The translations under genes and the position numbers were made by a program. A stretch of 64,000 nucleotides of DNA from Patescibacteria group bacterium (GTDB taxonomy: Bacteria; Patescibacteriota; UBA1384; UBA12157; JAENIV01): positions 4,865 through 68,864 of the forward strand of contig JBEKTP010000006.1 of assembly GCA_049515915.1 (NCBI GenBank). The letters run 5' to 3'. Positions 8,714 through 18,111 of the stretch are shown piece after piece (position 1 is the first letter of the stretch; each line of letters opens with the position of its first letter). The notes under the pieces are model-generated. The model was not told where the DNA came from. It did no database searches and saw only the letters and a program-made list of their open reading frames with translations.

Positions 8714-10555
8714 ATGCAGGTCGCTCAAATCGTTGTCAAAGTTCGGACGACTAAAGAGGATATTTTTGATTATAGTATTCCGCCGAATTTGTTGGCGATA
8801 GTAAAAATTGGAATTTTGGTGGAGGTAAATTTTCACGGACGAAAAGTGGAAGGAATTATTGTTAGCCTTAAAAGGTCATCTAAAATCGAGAAGCTTTTAC
8901 CAATACTTTCGATCACTGATCCAAATCCAGTGGTCGATGATATCCATATTCGGCTTGCTTTCTGGATGTCAGATTACTATTTAGCGCCAATGGGTAAAAC
9001 GCTGTTCGAAAATGTCGTGCCAGTCGCCAAAAGATCTCTAAAAATTGAGGGGGAATACTCTAATCTTCAATCAAATTATATTCGACCGAAAAATCCAGAG
9101 AAGAACTCGCTGGCGATCGCCGATTTTAAAACACGAATAAACTTTTATTTAAAGATGATCGAAAAAACTTTAGCCCAAAACCGATCCGTCATTATTTTAG
9201 TTCCCGATTTATCGATCATAAAATATTTCACATTCTCCAGGCTGAGAGGTAAAAAATTTAGCAAAAGCGATATTTCCATTCTACACGCCGGCTTAACTAA
9301 AACTGGACGCTGGACTGAATGGAGCAAAATCCGATCAGGTCAAACCAAAATAATTATTGGCTCTTTGTCGGCCTTGTTTGCGCCAGCAAAAAACCTCGGA
9401 TTAATTATCATCGATCAAGAGGAAAATGAAACATACAAGAACGATCGTCAGCCGCGCTTTAGTGCTGTGGGAGTAGCTCAAAAACTTGGTGATCTTTCCG
9501 GCGCTTCCTTGATTCTTGGCTCAGTCTCGCCCCGCGTCGAAACATATTGGCAAGCTAATCGCGAAAGATATAAAATATTTCGTAAAGCCGCTCTAGGTAA
9601 GTCAACCATTGTCAATATGGCCTTCGAAAAGGGAATAATTTCCCATCCTCTCGAACAAAAAATCACTGATACTCTTAAAAAAAATAATAAAATTTTACTG
9701 GTCCTTAATCGTAAGGGTGAAGGAACCAAATTTTCTTGCCCTGATTGCGGCTGGATCGCCATCTGCGAGAAGTGCGGCCTGCCGCTTATTCCGCAAAAAA
9801 GCGAGAACGTCTGCTACCATTGCGAGAGATCGTTTTTAAAGCCTTTATTTTGTCCCAAATGCAAAAGCCCCATTTTAAAACCCGCTGGACTTGGTACGAC
9901 CAGACTGAAAAAAATATTGGAAAAACTCTATCCCAAAACAAAAATTATTATTATCGAAAAAGATTCGCATCAAGAAAGCCAGGCTTGGAATATCGCAATT
10001 ATCACTTCATATGCCTTAAAATTGCAATTTCCAAAAATCGGTTTAGTCGGAATTATCGATGCGGATCAAACCTTGAGTCTGCCCGATTTTTCTACGACGG
10101 AAGAATTATTTGAAACATTTTACAAATTTTTAAGACTCGGTAATGAAAAGGTTATCCAAACTCATTTGATCGATCACTCGGTTATCAAAAGTCTCGCTGC
10201 GCTGGACTATCACCAATTTCTACGATCTGAACTGAGTGAACGAAAAAATGGCAATTTTCCACCCTTTAGACAATTGATCCGTCTCGAATATCAAAATCCT
10301 GATTTGAAAATTGCGGCAGAGGAATGTCGGCAAGTCTTTGAATTGATTAACAAATTAAATGACGATTCCACCACCCAAATCTCAGAACCGTACCAACCGT
10401 TTATCCAAAAAAAACGCCATAAATTTCGTTACCAAATCGTTATCAGGACCAAAAATATCTTTTTAAAAACAACTCTCGGTGAAAAGCTTAAGATGTTTCT
10501 TAAATCCCTGCCCAGGGGCTGGATCATTGACGTCGACCCGATCAGTTTACTTTGA
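8714..10555 (+). CDS. priA: Primosomal protein N' (PriA) with degenerate helicase motifs
   Basis: N-terminal 3'-DNA-binding domain, ILVP, SALFAP, four CxxC pairs, GLGT, C-terminal IDVDP. Confidence 0.88.
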   Translation: MQVAQIVVKVRTTKEDIFDYSIPPNLLAIVKIGILVEVNFHGRKVEGIIVSLKRSSKIEKLLPILSITDPNPVVDDIHIRLAFWMSDYYLAPMGKTLFENVVPVAKRSLKIEGEYSNLQSNYIRPKNPEKNSLAIADFKTRINFYLKMIEKTLAQNRSVIILVPDLSIIKYFTFSRLRGKKFSKSDISILHAGLTKTGRWTEWSKIRSGQTKIIIGSLSALFAPAKNLGLIIIDQEENETYKNDRQPRFSAVGVAQKLGDLSGASLILGSVSPRVETYWQANRERYKIFRKAALGKSTIVNMAFEKGIISHPLEQKITDTLKKNNKILLVLNRKGEGTKFSCPDCGWIAICEKCGLPLIPQKSENVCYHCERSFLKPLFCPKCKSPILKPAGLGTTRLKKILEKLYPKTKIIIIEKDSHQESQAWNIAIITSYALKLQFPKIGLVGIIDADQTLSLPDFSTTEELFETFYKFLRLGNEKVIQTHLIDHSVIKSLAALDYHQFLRSELSERKNGNFPPFRQLIRLEYQNPDLKIAAEECRQVFELINKLNDDSTTQISEPYQPFIQKKRHKFRYQIVIRTKNIFLKTTLGEKLKMFLKSLPRGWIIDVDPISLL

Positions 10556-10605
10556 ATAATATCGTCTCAATAAAAAATCTGCTAATATAGATACGAAGGA
10601 GTGGT

Positions 10606-11766
10606 ATGCGAATTGGTATTTTTAGTGAATGCTACAATCCCGTTCTCAATGGCGTCGTCGTTTCGATTAATACCTTCAAGGCCGAACTCGAAAAACGCGG
10701 TTACGAATTTTATATTTTTACCACGGCCAGTTTAAATAAACAAGAAAATGATCCTCGTATTATTCGATACCCCATCATGCTGCCGTTTAAATCTAAAGGT
10801 GGAAAATACCCGATTGCTTGGCCGCAAAACGCCAAAAAGACCGCTAAAAAGATTGCTCAGCTCAATTTAGATCTAATTCATAGTCAGCATTTATTGGGGC
10901 TGGGTCAAACCGGCCGAAAGACCGCTACAATTCTGGGAATTCCTAAAGTTTTAACCTATCACACCTTACTGGCGGAATACGCCCACTATGTGCCGCTTTT
11001 CCCCGGCCTCGCCAAGCGGTATTTAATCCGCCAAAGCCGTAATATTTGCAACCGCTACGATCAAATTATCACTCCTTCGCCCTCAATGGCTAAAGTTTTA
11101 AGCAAGTACGGCGTCGTCAAACCGATCGAATCTATTGCGACCGGCGTTAACTTAGATGAATATGACCAGCCGTTTAGCCGAGAAGAATTAAAAGCCCGAT
11201 GGTCAGTCCCCACGGATAAAAAATTACTTCTTTATGTCAGCCGAATTGCCAAAGAAAAAAATATTGATTTACTGTTGGAAGCGGTTAAATCATTGACCAA
11301 GAAACGCTCAGATTTTCATCTTTTAATGATCGGGGGTGGACCGGAGCTTAATACCTACAAAAAAATGGTTCAGAATAGCAATCTACGCTCGGTCGTAACT
11401 TTTACTAATATGCAGCCGAAAAACGAAACGGTTAAATATTTTGGCGCGGCGGACATTTTCACCTTTCCTTCCTACACTGAAACTCAAGGCATTGTGATCA
11501 CCGAAGCGATGGCCGCTGGCGTTCCAGCGGTCGCCATTAATAAAATGGGGCCTTCCAATATTATTAAAAACGGCGTGGACGGATATTTAACCGACTTGAA
11601 TGTTGACGAATTTACTGATAGAATTAATCGCTTGCTCAATAACGACGAACTTCGAAAAAAAATGGGGCAAGCGGCGAAAGCTAACGCCCAAGAATATTCA
11701 ACTAAAGCTTGTGCCGATAAAATGGAAGAGTTATATGTCAAAGTCACGCATCATCACCGTTCCTAA
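10606..11766 (+). CDS. Glycosyltransferase family 4 (glycolipid synthase-like)
   Basis: MRIGIFSECYNPVLNGV, TYHT, RIAKEKN, ETQGIVITEAMAAG. Confidence 0.92.
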   Translation: MRIGIFSECYNPVLNGVVVSINTFKAELEKRGYEFYIFTTASLNKQENDPRIIRYPIMLPFKSKGGKYPIAWPQNAKKTAKKIAQLNLDLIHSQHLLGLGQTGRKTATILGIPKVLTYHTLLAEYAHYVPLFPGLAKRYLIRQSRNICNRYDQIITPSPSMAKVLSKYGVVKPIESIATGVNLDEYDQPFSREELKARWSVPTDKKLLLYVSRIAKEKNIDLLLEAVKSLTKKRSDFHLLMIGGGPELNTYKKMVQNSNLRSVVTFTNMQPKNETVKYFGAADIFTFPSYTETQGIVITEAMAAGVPAVAINKMGPSNIIKNGVDGYLTDLNVDEFTDRINRLLNNDELRKKMGQAAKANAQEYSTKACADKMEELYVKVTHHHRS

Positions 11767-13099
11767 CCCATTTCTTAAGGAAAAAACTGAGAAAATCAGT
11801 TCTCTTGACCGTGAAGTCCAAATTCAAATTAAAGAAATGATTGCCACCTTACGTCGCGAAGGCGGCATTGGCTTGGCCGCCAACCAGCTCGGTTACAAAA
11901 ACCAAGTTATTGTGATTGAATTTATCGACCCCGAAGAAAAAAATCACCTTCCCTTAACGATCTTTATTAACCCGGAAATTGTCAAATATTCCGGCGAAAC
12001 CGAATGTTTCGACGAGGGCTGTCTTTCGGTTCCCAAAATTGAATTTGAGCTCGAGCGGCCAGCCAAACTTAAACTCAAATATGAAGATGAGCACGGCCAC
12101 AAACTTAAAATCGCGCCTAAAGGACTTTTGGCCCGAATTTTGCAACACGAGATTGATCATTTAAATGGAATTTTATTTATCGAACGAGCGCGGGCTCAAC
12201 TTTTCAAAAATTACCCCGAGCTTAAAAACACTCAAATTGCTTTTTTGGGTTCGGGTGAATTCGGCGCGGTCATTTGCGAAGGTCTAATCCATTTGGGCGT
12301 AAATTTAAAAATTTATACCGAAGCGGCAAAAGCGGCCGGTCGAGGAAAACTTTTGCAATCAACGCCAGTCGCCGATCGGGCAAAAAAATTTGGCAAACAA
12401 TATACCGAAATTACCGACATCAAAAAGGCAGTGATAGACGATTGCGACCTTTTAATCTGCGCTGATTTTGGCCAAATATTACCCAAACAAATCTTAGAGA
12501 TTCCTACCATTAAGGCGATTAATATTCACCCCTCCTTGTTGCCGAAATATCAAGGACCTTCCCCGATTCAGACCGCTCTCCTACAAGGAGAAAAGGTTAC
12601 CGGAGTTTCGATTATTGAGATGACTGTAAAAATTGACGAAGGGCCAATTATCACTCAAACCGAGATTGATATTGCCGAAAACGACGATTATACCACTTTA
12701 AGAGATAAACTGGCCACCGTCGGCATTAAACTTCTGGCAAAAAATTTGGGCGAAATTGTTCGCGGCAACCTCGAAGGAAATCCTCAACCCAAAAACTTTA
12801 TGATCAAAACCCGTAAATTTGCTAAAGCGGACGGTGAAATTTCGTGGAATAAAACCCCTCCAGAAATCGAACGTCAAATCAGAGCTTTCCAACCATGGCC
12901 TGGCACATACACCCTCATTGACAACCAGAGACTGTTAATTCACGCCGTCCATATGGAAAAAAAACGGTTGGTTTTAGATTCCGTCCAGCTTGAAGGCAAA
13001 ACACCAACCGATTTCGGCAGTTTCCTTCGCGGCTGGCACGGTCAGAAACCGAAATGGTTAAGTAAAATCAAAATCAATAAAAATGTCTCCACTGGTTGA
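11735..13099 (+). CDS. def-fmt: Fused peptide deformylase / methionyl-tRNA formyltransferase (Def-Fmt)
   Basis: Def motifs GIGLAANQ, EGCLS, QHEIDH then, with no stop, Fmt motifs NIHPSLLPKY, D.GPI, IRAFQPWPG; ATG at 11735. Confidence 0.9.
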   Translation: MSKSRIITVPNPFLKEKTEKISSLDREVQIQIKEMIATLRREGGIGLAANQLGYKNQVIVIEFIDPEEKNHLPLTIFINPEIVKYSGETECFDEGCLSVPKIEFELERPAKLKLKYEDEHGHKLKIAPKGLLARILQHEIDHLNGILFIERARAQLFKNYPELKNTQIAFLGSGEFGAVICEGLIHLGVNLKIYTEAAKAAGRGKLLQSTPVADRAKKFGKQYTEITDIKKAVIDDCDLLICADFGQILPKQILEIPTIKAINIHPSLLPKYQGPSPIQTALLQGEKVTGVSIIEMTVKIDEGPIITQTEIDIAENDDYTTLRDKLATVGIKLLAKNLGEIVRGNLEGNPQPKNFMIKTRKFAKADGEISWNKTPPEIERQIRAFQPWPGTYTLIDNQRLLIHAVHMEKKRLVLDSVQLEGKTPTDFGSFLRGWHGQKPKWLSKIKINKNVSTG

Positions 13100-13176
13100 C
13101 AGAATTAGAATTAAAAGTTATAATAATAACCTGAAGGGGTTTTTATTTAAAAATTTTCTTTAAGGATTTAAAATTA

Positions 13177-13716
13177 ATGTTAACCATCAGACTTCGCCGA
13201 ACAGGCAAAAAAGGACAACCTTTATACCGAATTGTCGTCGCCGATGAACGCACGTCGGTTTATGGTAATTATTTAGAAATGATTGGTACCTACAATCCAA
13301 AGACCAAAGCCGTCACTTTAGATAACGAGAAGGCACTTAAGTGGATGACCCATGGGGCCAAGCCGTCCAATACCGTCTCTAAAATTTTTCAGAAAGAAGG
13401 GGTAAAGCATAATTCAGTGGTCATCAAAAAATTCCGAGCCGTTTCTAAAAAGGAGCTCGAGGCTCAAAAGGTTCAGGAAGAAAAAGCCAAAGCCGAAGAA
13501 GCGGCCAAGAAAGAGAAAGCTAAAGAGGCTTTCGAGGCTCAAGTGGAAGCGGAAAAGGCAGCGGCGCCAAAAGAAGACAAGCTCCATGAAATGGCGGAGG
13601 AATCAATCGCCGATGTCAAGTCCATTGAGAGCGAAAAAGAAGCGGCCAAAGCCTCCCCCGATGCCAAAGCCGAGCCAGCATCTCAAGAACCGGCCCAAGA
13701 TACAAAAGAAAATTGA
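13177..13716 (+). CDS. rpsP: 30S ribosomal protein S16 with long Glu/Ala/Lys-rich C-terminal tail
   Basis: MLTIRLRRTGKK..YRIVVAD, GTYNP, GAKPS. Confidence 0.96.
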   Translation: MLTIRLRRTGKKGQPLYRIVVADERTSVYGNYLEMIGTYNPKTKAVTLDNEKALKWMTHGAKPSNTVSKIFQKEGVKHNSVVIKKFRAVSKKELEAQKVQEEKAKAEEAAKKEKAKEAFEAQVEAEKAAAPKEDKLHEMAEESIADVKSIESEKEAAKASPDAKAEPASQEPAQDTKEN

Positions 13717-13825
13717 TATTTGATTTGAACACAAAAATACTTTTTGATAAAATATAAATGCATGATAAGCAAGAAAAACAGCAGTACGGTCGACTGCTCA
13801 AATCGTAGATAGAAATGGAGAAAAA

Positions 13826-14155
13826 ATGGCAGCAGAAGCAGACAAAGATTTTGTCGAAATGGTTGTCAAAGCGATTGTCGATCATCCGGAAGATGTCAAA
13901 ACCAAAAGATCAGTTGATGAAATGGGAGTTTTAATCGAACTGACCGTTCATCCTGAAGATATGGGGAAGATCATCGGCAAGGAAGGTCGCACCGCTAAAT
14001 CGATCCGCACCTTGCTCCGTGTCTTAGGGGCTAAAAACAACGCTCGGGTCAACTTAAAAATTGTTGAACCAGAAGGACGTGAAGCTAAAGTCTCAGAGAG
14101 CAATGAAGCCAAAGAGGAAAAGCTCGAAGAAGGCAAAGCCACCGAAGTTGTCTAA
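13826..14155 (+). CDS. khpA: KH-domain RNA-binding protein
   Basis: DMGKIIGKEGRTA GxxG loop; conserved position after rpsP. Confidence 0.92.
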   Translation: MAAEADKDFVEMVVKAIVDHPEDVKTKRSVDEMGVLIELTVHPEDMGKIIGKEGRTAKSIRTLLRVLGAKNNARVNLKIVEPEGREAKVSESNEAKEEKLEEGKATEVV

Positions 14156-14271
14156 GGCCACTTAAAAGATAAATAAAAAATATTCAAAGGATCGCCACAA
14201 TCCTCTGGCTCGTTGTCGAGTTCGGGAAAGGCGATTCTTTGTATCATCGAGTGTAATACCTAATAAATTAA

Positions 14272-14946
14272 ATGACTTATCATATCATCACAACTCAACC
14301 ATCAACTTTCGAATCCTTTTTAAAAACGGGTTTAATTGCGCGTGGAATCGAGAACAAAATCATCGATGTCAAAATTCATAGTCTTTACGATTTTGCGGCC
14401 GACAAACACCGTACCATCGACGACTCGCCCTATGGCGGCGGCCCCGGCATGGTTTTGCGAGTTGATATTATGGATAAAGCCTTATCCAAACTTAAAACTA
14501 AAAGCTTAAAACTAAAAACTATTTTATTAACACCGCAAGGAAAAAGATTCACTCAAAAAGATACCAAGAGACTATCGAAGGAGAGGGAATTAATTCTCGT
14601 TTCCGGCCGTTTCGAGGGATATGACGAAAGAATCCGCCAACTTATTGACGAGGAAATATCAATCGGCGATTACATTTTAACTTCCGGCGATTTGCCAGCG
14701 ATGGTGTTAATTGACGCTATTTCCCGCCATCTGCCAGGCTTTATTCAAGAAAAAGAATCTCTTAAAAACGAATCATTTAACAATAATTTGCTGGAATATC
14801 CTCAATACACTCGCCCACCCGAATATAAAAAACTAAAAGTGCCCGCCATACTCCTTTCGGGCGACCATGCCAAAATTAAAAGATGGCGCGAGACTGCCTC
14901 CGCCCAAAAAACCCGGCAAAAAAGACAAGATCTCCTAAATATTTGA
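14272..14946 (+). CDS. trmD: tRNA (guanine-N1)-methyltransferase
   Basis: DDSPYGGGPGMV, GRFEGYDER, SIGDYILTSG, EYPQYTRP. Confidence 0.97.
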   Translation: MTYHIITTQPSTFESFLKTGLIARGIENKIIDVKIHSLYDFAADKHRTIDDSPYGGGPGMVLRVDIMDKALSKLKTKSLKLKTILLTPQGKRFTQKDTKRLSKERELILVSGRFEGYDERIRQLIDEEISIGDYILTSGDLPAMVLIDAISRHLPGFIQEKESLKNESFNNNLLEYPQYTRPPEYKKLKVPAILLSGDHAKIKRWRETASAQKTRQKRQDLLNI

Positions 14947-15005
14947 CATTTCTCCTCGTGAGAGGTATAATACTACCAGAAAGATTGATAATTAAAGGAG
15001 GATTG

Positions 15006-15290
15006 ATGTCAAACATAAAAGAGATCATCAGACAAATATATCGAGACTTATTTTGTCCGGTCTGCGGGAAAAGTTACAAAATTGATCAATTAAATATCCG
15101 GGGGATCGTTGGTCAGACTTTGGCTGTTCAGACAACTTGCTCGAACGGCCACGCGACTTTGTTCATGACTTCCCTTGGCCAAATCGAACAGATTAAATCT
15201 GAACCGATTTCGGCCGACGACTGCATCGATATCCACTATAATTTAAAAAAGTTTAACGGAGATTTTGTGAATTTATGGAAATCGCATTAA
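15006..15290 (+). CDS. Small zinc-ribbon hypothetical protein
   Basis: AAGGAGG RBS and own promoter; CPVC..CSNGH. Confidence 0.7.
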   Translation: MSNIKEIIRQIYRDLFCPVCGKSYKIDQLNIRGIVGQTLAVQTTCSNGHATLFMTSLGQIEQIKSEPISADDCIDIHYNLKKFNGDFVNLWKSH

Positions 15291-16009
15291 AAGCCGATCA
15301 GCGCGAAGTTCTAGGTAAAAAAGTTAAGAAATTAAGAAAGAACGGCCAAATCCCGGCGGTTTTGTATGGCCGAAAATCTGACCCAATTTCACTGGCGCTC
15401 AACCGCAAAGAGTTTTTTCAAGTTCAAAAAGTGGCCGGGGAAGCAACTTTAATTGATCTTCAAATCCCGGGCCAAAAAGAGACCAAAGCTTTAATTCGTC
15501 AAATTCAGCGTCATCCTGTCAGTGATAATATTTTACACGTTGATTTATATCGGGTTGATATGACCCAAGAAATCGAAACTGAAATCCCCTTTGAATTTAC
15601 CGGAGTTTCTCCGGCCGTTGAAGAACTCGAGGGCAATCTTATCACCAATAAGGACTCGGTCAAAGTTAAATGTTTACCAAATAAACTTGTTTCGGAAATT
15701 AAAGTGGATATTGGGACACTCAAAACTTTCGAAGATCTTATTCATTTAAGCGATATTAATGTGCCAGCCGGTATTGAGGTTTTAGATGATTCCGAAGAAA
15801 TCGTTGCTCAGGTCACGCCGCCTCGTTCCGAAGAAGAATTAGCCGAACTTGAAGCGGAAACAACGGCCGCCGCCGAGACCGAAAAAGCTCAAATTGAAAC
15901 GATGGAAACTCAAGCCGCCGCGGAGAAGGCGGAAAAAGAATCCGCTGAAGAAACTGAAGAAAACCAAGAAGCTGCTCCTCCAACGAAAGAAAAGGAATCA
16001 TCAAAGTAA
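15275..16009 (+). CDS. rplY: 50S ribosomal protein L25 (Ctc form)
   Basis: LRKNGQIPAVLYG, QRHPV..HVDL, C-terminal Ctc domain and acidic tail. Confidence 0.95.
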   Translation: MEIALKADQREVLGKKVKKLRKNGQIPAVLYGRKSDPISLALNRKEFFQVQKVAGEATLIDLQIPGQKETKALIRQIQRHPVSDNILHVDLYRVDMTQEIETEIPFEFTGVSPAVEELEGNLITNKDSVKVKCLPNKLVSEIKVDIGTLKTFEDLIHLSDINVPAGIEVLDDSEEIVAQVTPPRSEEELAELEAETTAAAETEKAQIETMETQAAAEKAEKESAEETEENQEAAPPTKEKESSK

Positions 16010-16076
16010 GATTTGGAAGGATGCTCCTTAGGGAGCTTTCTTCTTAATATAGATGGACCAAGTCTCGAGGAGGTAA

Positions 16077-16388
16077 ATGACCATGGTCCAGACTGCGGCA
16101 GATAACGTCCTGTCGCCAAGCGAGTTTTGCAACCGAGTCGCGGCCGGCGTGACGGCTCAAATCATCACTGATACACACCCAGCCCAGCAAGATGACATTC
16201 ACCGCCTGATGGCCAGACAGTATGCCTTGAGTTTTGCGCTTGAATACTACAGGCAACACTCAGGCGAATTGGCGACCATCGAAGGCGACGAGAAGGAAAT
16301 CGCTGAAGCTATAAAGGCTTTCGTCGATGATGCCGTAAAAAAGATCAGCCCACGAGTCATCCAGCAACTCAGCAAAACTCGTGATTGA
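16077..16388 (+). CDS. Hypothetical protein (GC-rich single gene)
   Basis: GAGGAGG RBS, 103-aa ORF, downstream perfect hairpin. Confidence 0.75.
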   Translation: MTMVQTAADNVLSPSEFCNRVAAGVTAQIITDTHPAQQDDIHRLMARQYALSFALEYYRQHSGELATIEGDEKEIAEAIKAFVDDAVKKISPRVIQQLSKTRD

Positions 16389-16395
16389 AGAGATC

Positions 16396-16420
16396 CGGCG
16401 CCCCGCTTAGCGGGGCGCCG
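16396..16420. terminator. Perfect 11-bp GC hairpin
   Basis: CGGCGCCCCGC-TTA-GCGGGGCGCCG. Confidence 0.65.
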
Positions 16421-16455
16421 ACTCATTTTAAAATGAAATACTTTTTTGTAAGAAA

Positions 16456-17484
16456 ATGTATTATATTTTTACTTTAGGTTGTCAAATGAATCTCGCCGAC
16501 TCCGAACGAATCGCGGCGATTTTGGAACGACAGGGATATAAAGCGGCCACTGAAAAAGAGGCCGATTTGATCGTTGTCAATGCCTGCTCGGTTCGTCAAA
16601 AAGCCGTTGATCGTATTTGGGGCAAAATTAAAAAGTGGCAAGAAGCAGGCAAAAAGATAATCCTCACTGGTTGTGTTTTACCTTTAGATCGAAAAAAGTT
16701 TGCCCGAAAGGGAATAGAGTATACCGATTTTCGTAATGAGAATTTTTTCAATATTATCCCTCGTAACCTTTCCCCGATAACCTATATTCCTATTATGACC
16801 GGTTGCGATAATTTTTGTTCTTACTGCGCCGTGCCTTACACTCGCGGCCGGGAAGTCTCAAGACCTCTCAGCGATATTATGCGTGAAATTAAAATTGCCG
16901 TTGCCGGCGGGAATAAAGAAATTCTTCTTCTGGGTCAAAATGTGAATTCGTACAAAATTAAAAAATCAAAATACAAAATACAAAATGACAAATCAAAATG
17001 TAAAATTGATAATAGTGATTTTATTGAGTTATTAAAAAAGATCGATAATCTTCCTGGTGATTTTAAATTAAATTTTCTTTCATCCAATCCTCACGATATG
17101 AGCAATGAGCTAATTGAATGTTTGGCTGATTTAAAAAAATGGCCGCGAGAACTTCATCTGGCAATGCAGTCCGGCGACGATGAGATTTTAAAGAAAATGA
17201 ATCGGCGTTATAATAGCAGCCAATACTTGGCCTTAATCTCAAAACTCAAAACTCAAATCTCAAAATTAAGATTAAGCACAGATATAATCGTTGGATTCCC
17301 AGGCGAGACCAAAACGCAATTTAATAACACCGTCAAAATTTGCAAAAAAATCAATTTTGATAAGGCCTATATCGCCCAGTACTCTCCTCGTCCCGGCACC
17401 GCGGCGGCAAAATTGAAAGACGATGTCTCCCCCGCTGAAAAAAAACGCCGCTGGAAAATTTTAGAAAACTTAATAAACAAATAA
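16456..17484 (+). CDS. miaB: MiaB-family tRNA methylthiotransferase lacking the TRAM domain
   Basis: TLGCQMNLADSE, NACSVRQKA, GCDNFCSYC, LLGQNVNSY, TDIIVGFPGET, YSPRPGT. Confidence 0.88.
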   Translation: MYYIFTLGCQMNLADSERIAAILERQGYKAATEKEADLIVVNACSVRQKAVDRIWGKIKKWQEAGKKIILTGCVLPLDRKKFARKGIEYTDFRNENFFNIIPRNLSPITYIPIMTGCDNFCSYCAVPYTRGREVSRPLSDIMREIKIAVAGGNKEILLLGQNVNSYKIKKSKYKIQNDKSKCKIDNSDFIELLKKIDNLPGDFKLNFLSSNPHDMSNELIECLADLKKWPRELHLAMQSGDDEILKKMNRRYNSSQYLALISKLKTQISKLRLSTDIIVGFPGETKTQFNNTVKICKKINFDKAYIAQYSPRPGTAAAKLKDDVSPAEKKRRWKILENLINK

Positions 17485-17515
17485 TATCAAAATTTTTCCC
17501 AGTGATTTTTAGTTC

Positions 17516-17959
17516 TTAATCCAATGATGGTATTTTTAAATTCTCTCTTATTGTCTGTTCATCTTTATAAACGATTTCCGAGGAAGCACTTCCTGGCGGA
17601 CCAAAAACCAAATTCGAAAGTCTTATCAGTCTTCTCGCTGCGCCAGAAACTTGTTTTGGATAATCTTTACTAAAGTACCAATGAAATGGAAGTTGCTTAA
17701 AATTTGCTTCCAATTCGCATGATAAATTTCTGACTACGCGAGCACATTCGAGTTTTTCATTTCTAGGAATATTTTTATCACCTTGGCTACCAATTATATT
17801 AGCGTAAAATTTCAGTCTATTATCAATTCTTCCGATCGTTTTCTTGTATTCAAACATCGGTTTAAGAATAAAATTTTGTACAATCTGACCTATAACAAAA
17901 ACTAGAGTGCCAACGATAACAGTCTGAAAAACCTGATTATGGAAAATACTTATTACCAT
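17516..17959 (-). CDS. Hypothetical protein with one N-terminal membrane helix
   Basis: VFQTVIVGTLVFVIGQIV helix followed by a helical domain. Confidence 0.7.
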   Translation of the reverse strand: MVISIFHNQVFQTVIVGTLVFVIGQIVQNFILKPMFEYKKTIGRIDNRLKFYANIIGSQGDKNIPRNEKLECARVVRNLSCELEANFKQLPFHWYFSKDYPKQVSGAARRLIRLSNLVFGPPGSASSEIVYKDEQTIRENLKIPSLD

Positions 17960-17972
17960 TTCTATTTTCCGA

Positions 17973-18110
17973 TTATTTCGATTTCTTTTTTCTGCCAGCG
18001 GCTAAAGTTTGTGCCGCTTTTCGTTCTTTACTTTCGCGCGTATGCGGATTTTGGAGATCTCTTCCGGCTTTGCTCAATTGAGCCTTTGTCGGTTTTTTAT
18101 TTCTTGCCAT
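17973..18110 (-). CDS. Small basic 45-aa protein (below the ORF-track cutoff)
   Basis: MARNKKPTKAQLSKAGRDLQNPHTRESKERKAAQTLAAGRKKKSK; exactly fills the gap between two co-directional genes. Confidence 0.6.
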   Translation of the reverse strand: MARNKKPTKAQLSKAGRDLQNPHTRESKERKAAQTLAAGRKKKSK

Positions 18111-18111
18111 T

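Noticed and set aside
18080-18110. Possible homopolymer frameshift in the small basic ORF
   Set aside because: The A-run is six long and the frame is intact.
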